This document shows, one piece after another, positions 44,391 to 46,351 of a DNA stretch of 46,351 nt. The DNA lies in contig DAOWDM010000191.1 in the NCBI GenBank assembly GCA_030639035.1, forward strand, positions 1-46,351, written 5' to 3'. This DNA is from Alphaproteobacteria bacterium (GTDB taxonomy: Bacteria; Pseudomonadota; Alphaproteobacteria; DAOWDM01). A program made the translations under genes and the position numbers. The notes beneath the pieces are model-generated. The model saw only the letters and a program-made list of their open reading frames with translations. It had not been told where the DNA came from and made no database searches. Position 1 is the first letter of the stretch; each line of letters begins with the position of its first letter.

Positions 44391-46291
44391 GCAGACTTTT
44401 TAGTGCTAAAACCAATTTTTCAGCTGGAGAATTAGCACCTGAAATGCTTGGGCGTGGAGATTTGCAAGCCTATGCAAACGGAGCTATGAAGCTAAAAAAC
44501 GTCTTTATTCACCCGACAGGAGGAGTTTCCAGACGGTCAGGGCTTCGTTATATAGGTGCCGCTCAGGGAAAAGGGCGTTTAATAGCTTTTGAATTCAACA
44601 CAGAACAGGCTTATTTGCTGGTATTTACAAATCAGCGAGTTGATGTTTTCAAAGACGGTGAAAATGTTGCAAACTTTGCTGTTCCATGGACGGAAGAGCA
44701 AATAAAGCAGATTAATTGGGCTCAAAGTGCGGACTCTTTGCTTGTAGTTCACCCTGACGTAAGCCCTAGGAAAATAACTAGAACTTCTCACACAGACTGG
44801 TCAATAAGCGAATGGCAGTTTTTTGAAAAAGACAACTGCATCAATCAGCCTTATTACAAGTTTGCAGGTGTGGACGTTACGATTCAAACGAGTGCTACAA
44901 CTGGAACTGTAACGCTTACCTCTTCGGCTTCGGTTTTTACATCTAATCATGTAGGGGTGCGAGTTCGGTTTTTAGGTGGAGAGGCGGAAATAACTTCTTA
45001 TTCTTCAGGAACTTCAGTTCAGGCTTCTGTGAAAAAGACTTTTTCTGGCACAGGCACAACTAAAGACTGGAAAGAGCAGAGTTTTTCAGATGTTCATGGT
45101 TTTGCAGCTTCGGTTACTCATCATCAGGATAGGCTTGTAATAGGCGGTTCAAGAGATTTGCCTAACCATTTATGGTTTTCTAAAACTTCGGATTTGATGA
45201 ATTTCGATTTAGGGGAAGGCTTGGACGATGAGTCTATAGAGTTCTCTATTCTATCTGACCAAGTGAACGCTATTCGAGCGGTTTTCTCAGGAAGACATTT
45301 GCAGGTGTTTACATCTGGTGCGGAATGGATGGTTTCAGGCGACCCTTTGACTCCTTCGGCTATTCAGTTGAAGCGTCAAACTAGGGTAGGCTCTGCTGTA
45401 AATAAGTATATTCCGCCAGTTGATGTAGACGGAGCGACTTTGTTTATATCAGGAAACGGCTTGGAGCTTCGTGAATTTCTGTTCACTGATGTAGAGCAGG
45501 CATATCAGGCTAATGACTTGGCTATGCTCTCTAGGCATTTGATGAATAGCCCTGTTGATCAGGATTATGATTCACAACGCAGACTGCTAACAATTGTTAT
45601 GGAAAACGGTAATATCGCAACCGTAACGAATTATAGAGCTGAACAAGTTACAGCTTGGACAGGACATTCTACTGATGGAAAATTCCTTTCCGTCGCAACA
45701 ATAGGCAGTGACACTTATGTTCTGGTTGAACGTGGGGAGAATGTTTTTGTTGAAATTTTCGATGATGACTTTGGAACAGACTGCGGAATAACTGGAGAAG
45801 ATGAAACTCCAAAAGACGTATGGTCGGGGCTTTCTCATCTTGAAGGAAAGACTGTAAAAGTGCTGGCTGATGGGGCGGTTGTACCTAATCAGACTGTTAC
45901 AGATGGAATTATTACGCTTCCGTATCCAGTTAGCAATATACAAGTTGGTTTGGCTTATACACATATAATATCACCGCTTCCGCCAATGATTACGGCGGCA
46001 GGCAGTGTTAGACCTCCTAAAAGCGTACGTCTTGTAGAGGCCTCTTTCAGAGTGCTTAAAACTTCATCTATGGAAGTTGATACGGGTCGAGGAATTAAGC
46101 CTGTGCTTTTGAAAAGATTGGGAGTTGAAGGCGTGCTTGATTCTGCTCCGTCAGAATATTCTGGCGATGTTCGTATTAGAGCTTTTGGGTGGATAAGAGA
46201 TTTTATGCAGCCGTCATGGAAAATAGAGGGAGATAAACCTCTTTCCTGCACGGTTCTTTCGGTAACAACAGAAATGAAGGTGAATGACTGA
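44387..46291 (+). CDS. tail tubular protein B, T7 gp12-like
   Basis: It overlaps the gp11-like stop (ATGA at 44387-44390). The 634-aa protein is beta-rich. The N-terminal pattern is NFSAGELAPEMLGRGDLQAYANGAMKLKNVFIHPTGGVSRRSGL. Its position and size are consistent with a nozzle/tubular B protein. Confidence 0.68.
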   Translation: MSRLFSAKTNFSAGELAPEMLGRGDLQAYANGAMKLKNVFIHPTGGVSRRSGLRYIGAAQGKGRLIAFEFNTEQAYLLVFTNQRVDVFKDGENVANFAVPWTEEQIKQINWAQSADSLLVVHPDVSPRKITRTSHTDWSISEWQFFEKDNCINQPYYKFAGVDVTIQTSATTGTVTLTSSASVFTSNHVGVRVRFLGGEAEITSYSSGTSVQASVKKTFSGTGTTKDWKEQSFSDVHGFAASVTHHQDRLVIGGSRDLPNHLWFSKTSDLMNFDLGEGLDDESIEFSILSDQVNAIRAVFSGRHLQVFTSGAEWMVSGDPLTPSAIQLKRQTRVGSAVNKYIPPVDVDGATLFISGNGLELREFLFTDVEQAYQANDLAMLSRHLMNSPVDQDYDSQRRLLTIVMENGNIATVTNYRAEQVTAWTGHSTDGKFLSVATIGSDTYVLVERGENVFVEIFDDDFGTDCGITGEDETPKDVWSGLSHLEGKTVKVLADGAVVPNQTVTDGIITLPYPVSNIQVGLAYTHIISPLPPMITAAGSVRPPKSVRLVEASFRVLKTSSMEVDTGRGIKPVLLKRLGVEGVLDSAPSEYSGDVRIRAFGWIRDFMQPSWKIEGDKPLSCTVLSVTTEMKVND

Positions 46292-46351
46292 TGGGAGTAG
46301 TACCAATAATAACAGTAGCAGTTGCGGCTTTTACCGCAAATGAAACTATAA
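46291..46351 (+). CDS. start of next virion-module ORF (3' end outside window)
   Basis: The ATG overlaps the preceding stop (TGATG at 46289-46293). Translation gives MGVVPIITVAVAAFTANETI..., which is hydrophobic. Only 20 codons are visible. Confidence 0.3.
   Translation, partial: MGVVPIITVAVAAFTANETI

Noticed and set aside
39600-46351. Impression that the virion module is GC-richer than its surroundings, as a horizontal-transfer signal.
   Set aside because: My spot counts of single 60-nt lines gave about 43 percent in the portal gene and about 48 percent in the housekeeping pepA gene. No reliable compositional shift can be claimed without a proper windowed calculation.

Overview
This is an AT-rich chromosomal segment whose gene content and local synteny look alphaproteobacterial: lptF/G-lptD-surA-rsmA, xerD/aroK-aroB, dapD-dapE, and DUF2336, DUF2889 and RHH_4-type genes. 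This placement is an inference, since no database search was possible. Bases 1 to about 37.4 kb hold mostly housekeeping genes. These include a Lon-like protease, an LMW-PTP, a YejA-like binding protein, tRNA-Thr(CGU), the LPS-transport/SurA/RsmA cluster, XerD, AroK/AroB, PepA, MnmA, GGT, DapD/DapE, a complete AmmeMemoRadiSam triad and an isolated fliN. From about 37.5 kb to the window end the content changes to a phage-derived locus. An HTH+S24 (CI/LexA-like) repressor is transcribed divergently from two small early ORFs. A strong intrinsic terminator follows, and then a T7-group-type virion module (gp8-like portal, scaffold, gp10-like capsid, gp11- and gp12-like tail tubular proteins) runs off the window. 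No integrase, replication genes or att repeat are visible in the window. A second layer is a dispersed family of palindromic MITE-like elements with GTCAT...ATGAC termini, found at 8 loci and in at least 4 subtypes, some nested. Half of the loci sit in the intergenic gaps of the virion operon. No rRNA, CRISPR array or transposase gene was seen. All protein calls rest on motif recognition and gene order, not on alignments, and start codons are approximate.
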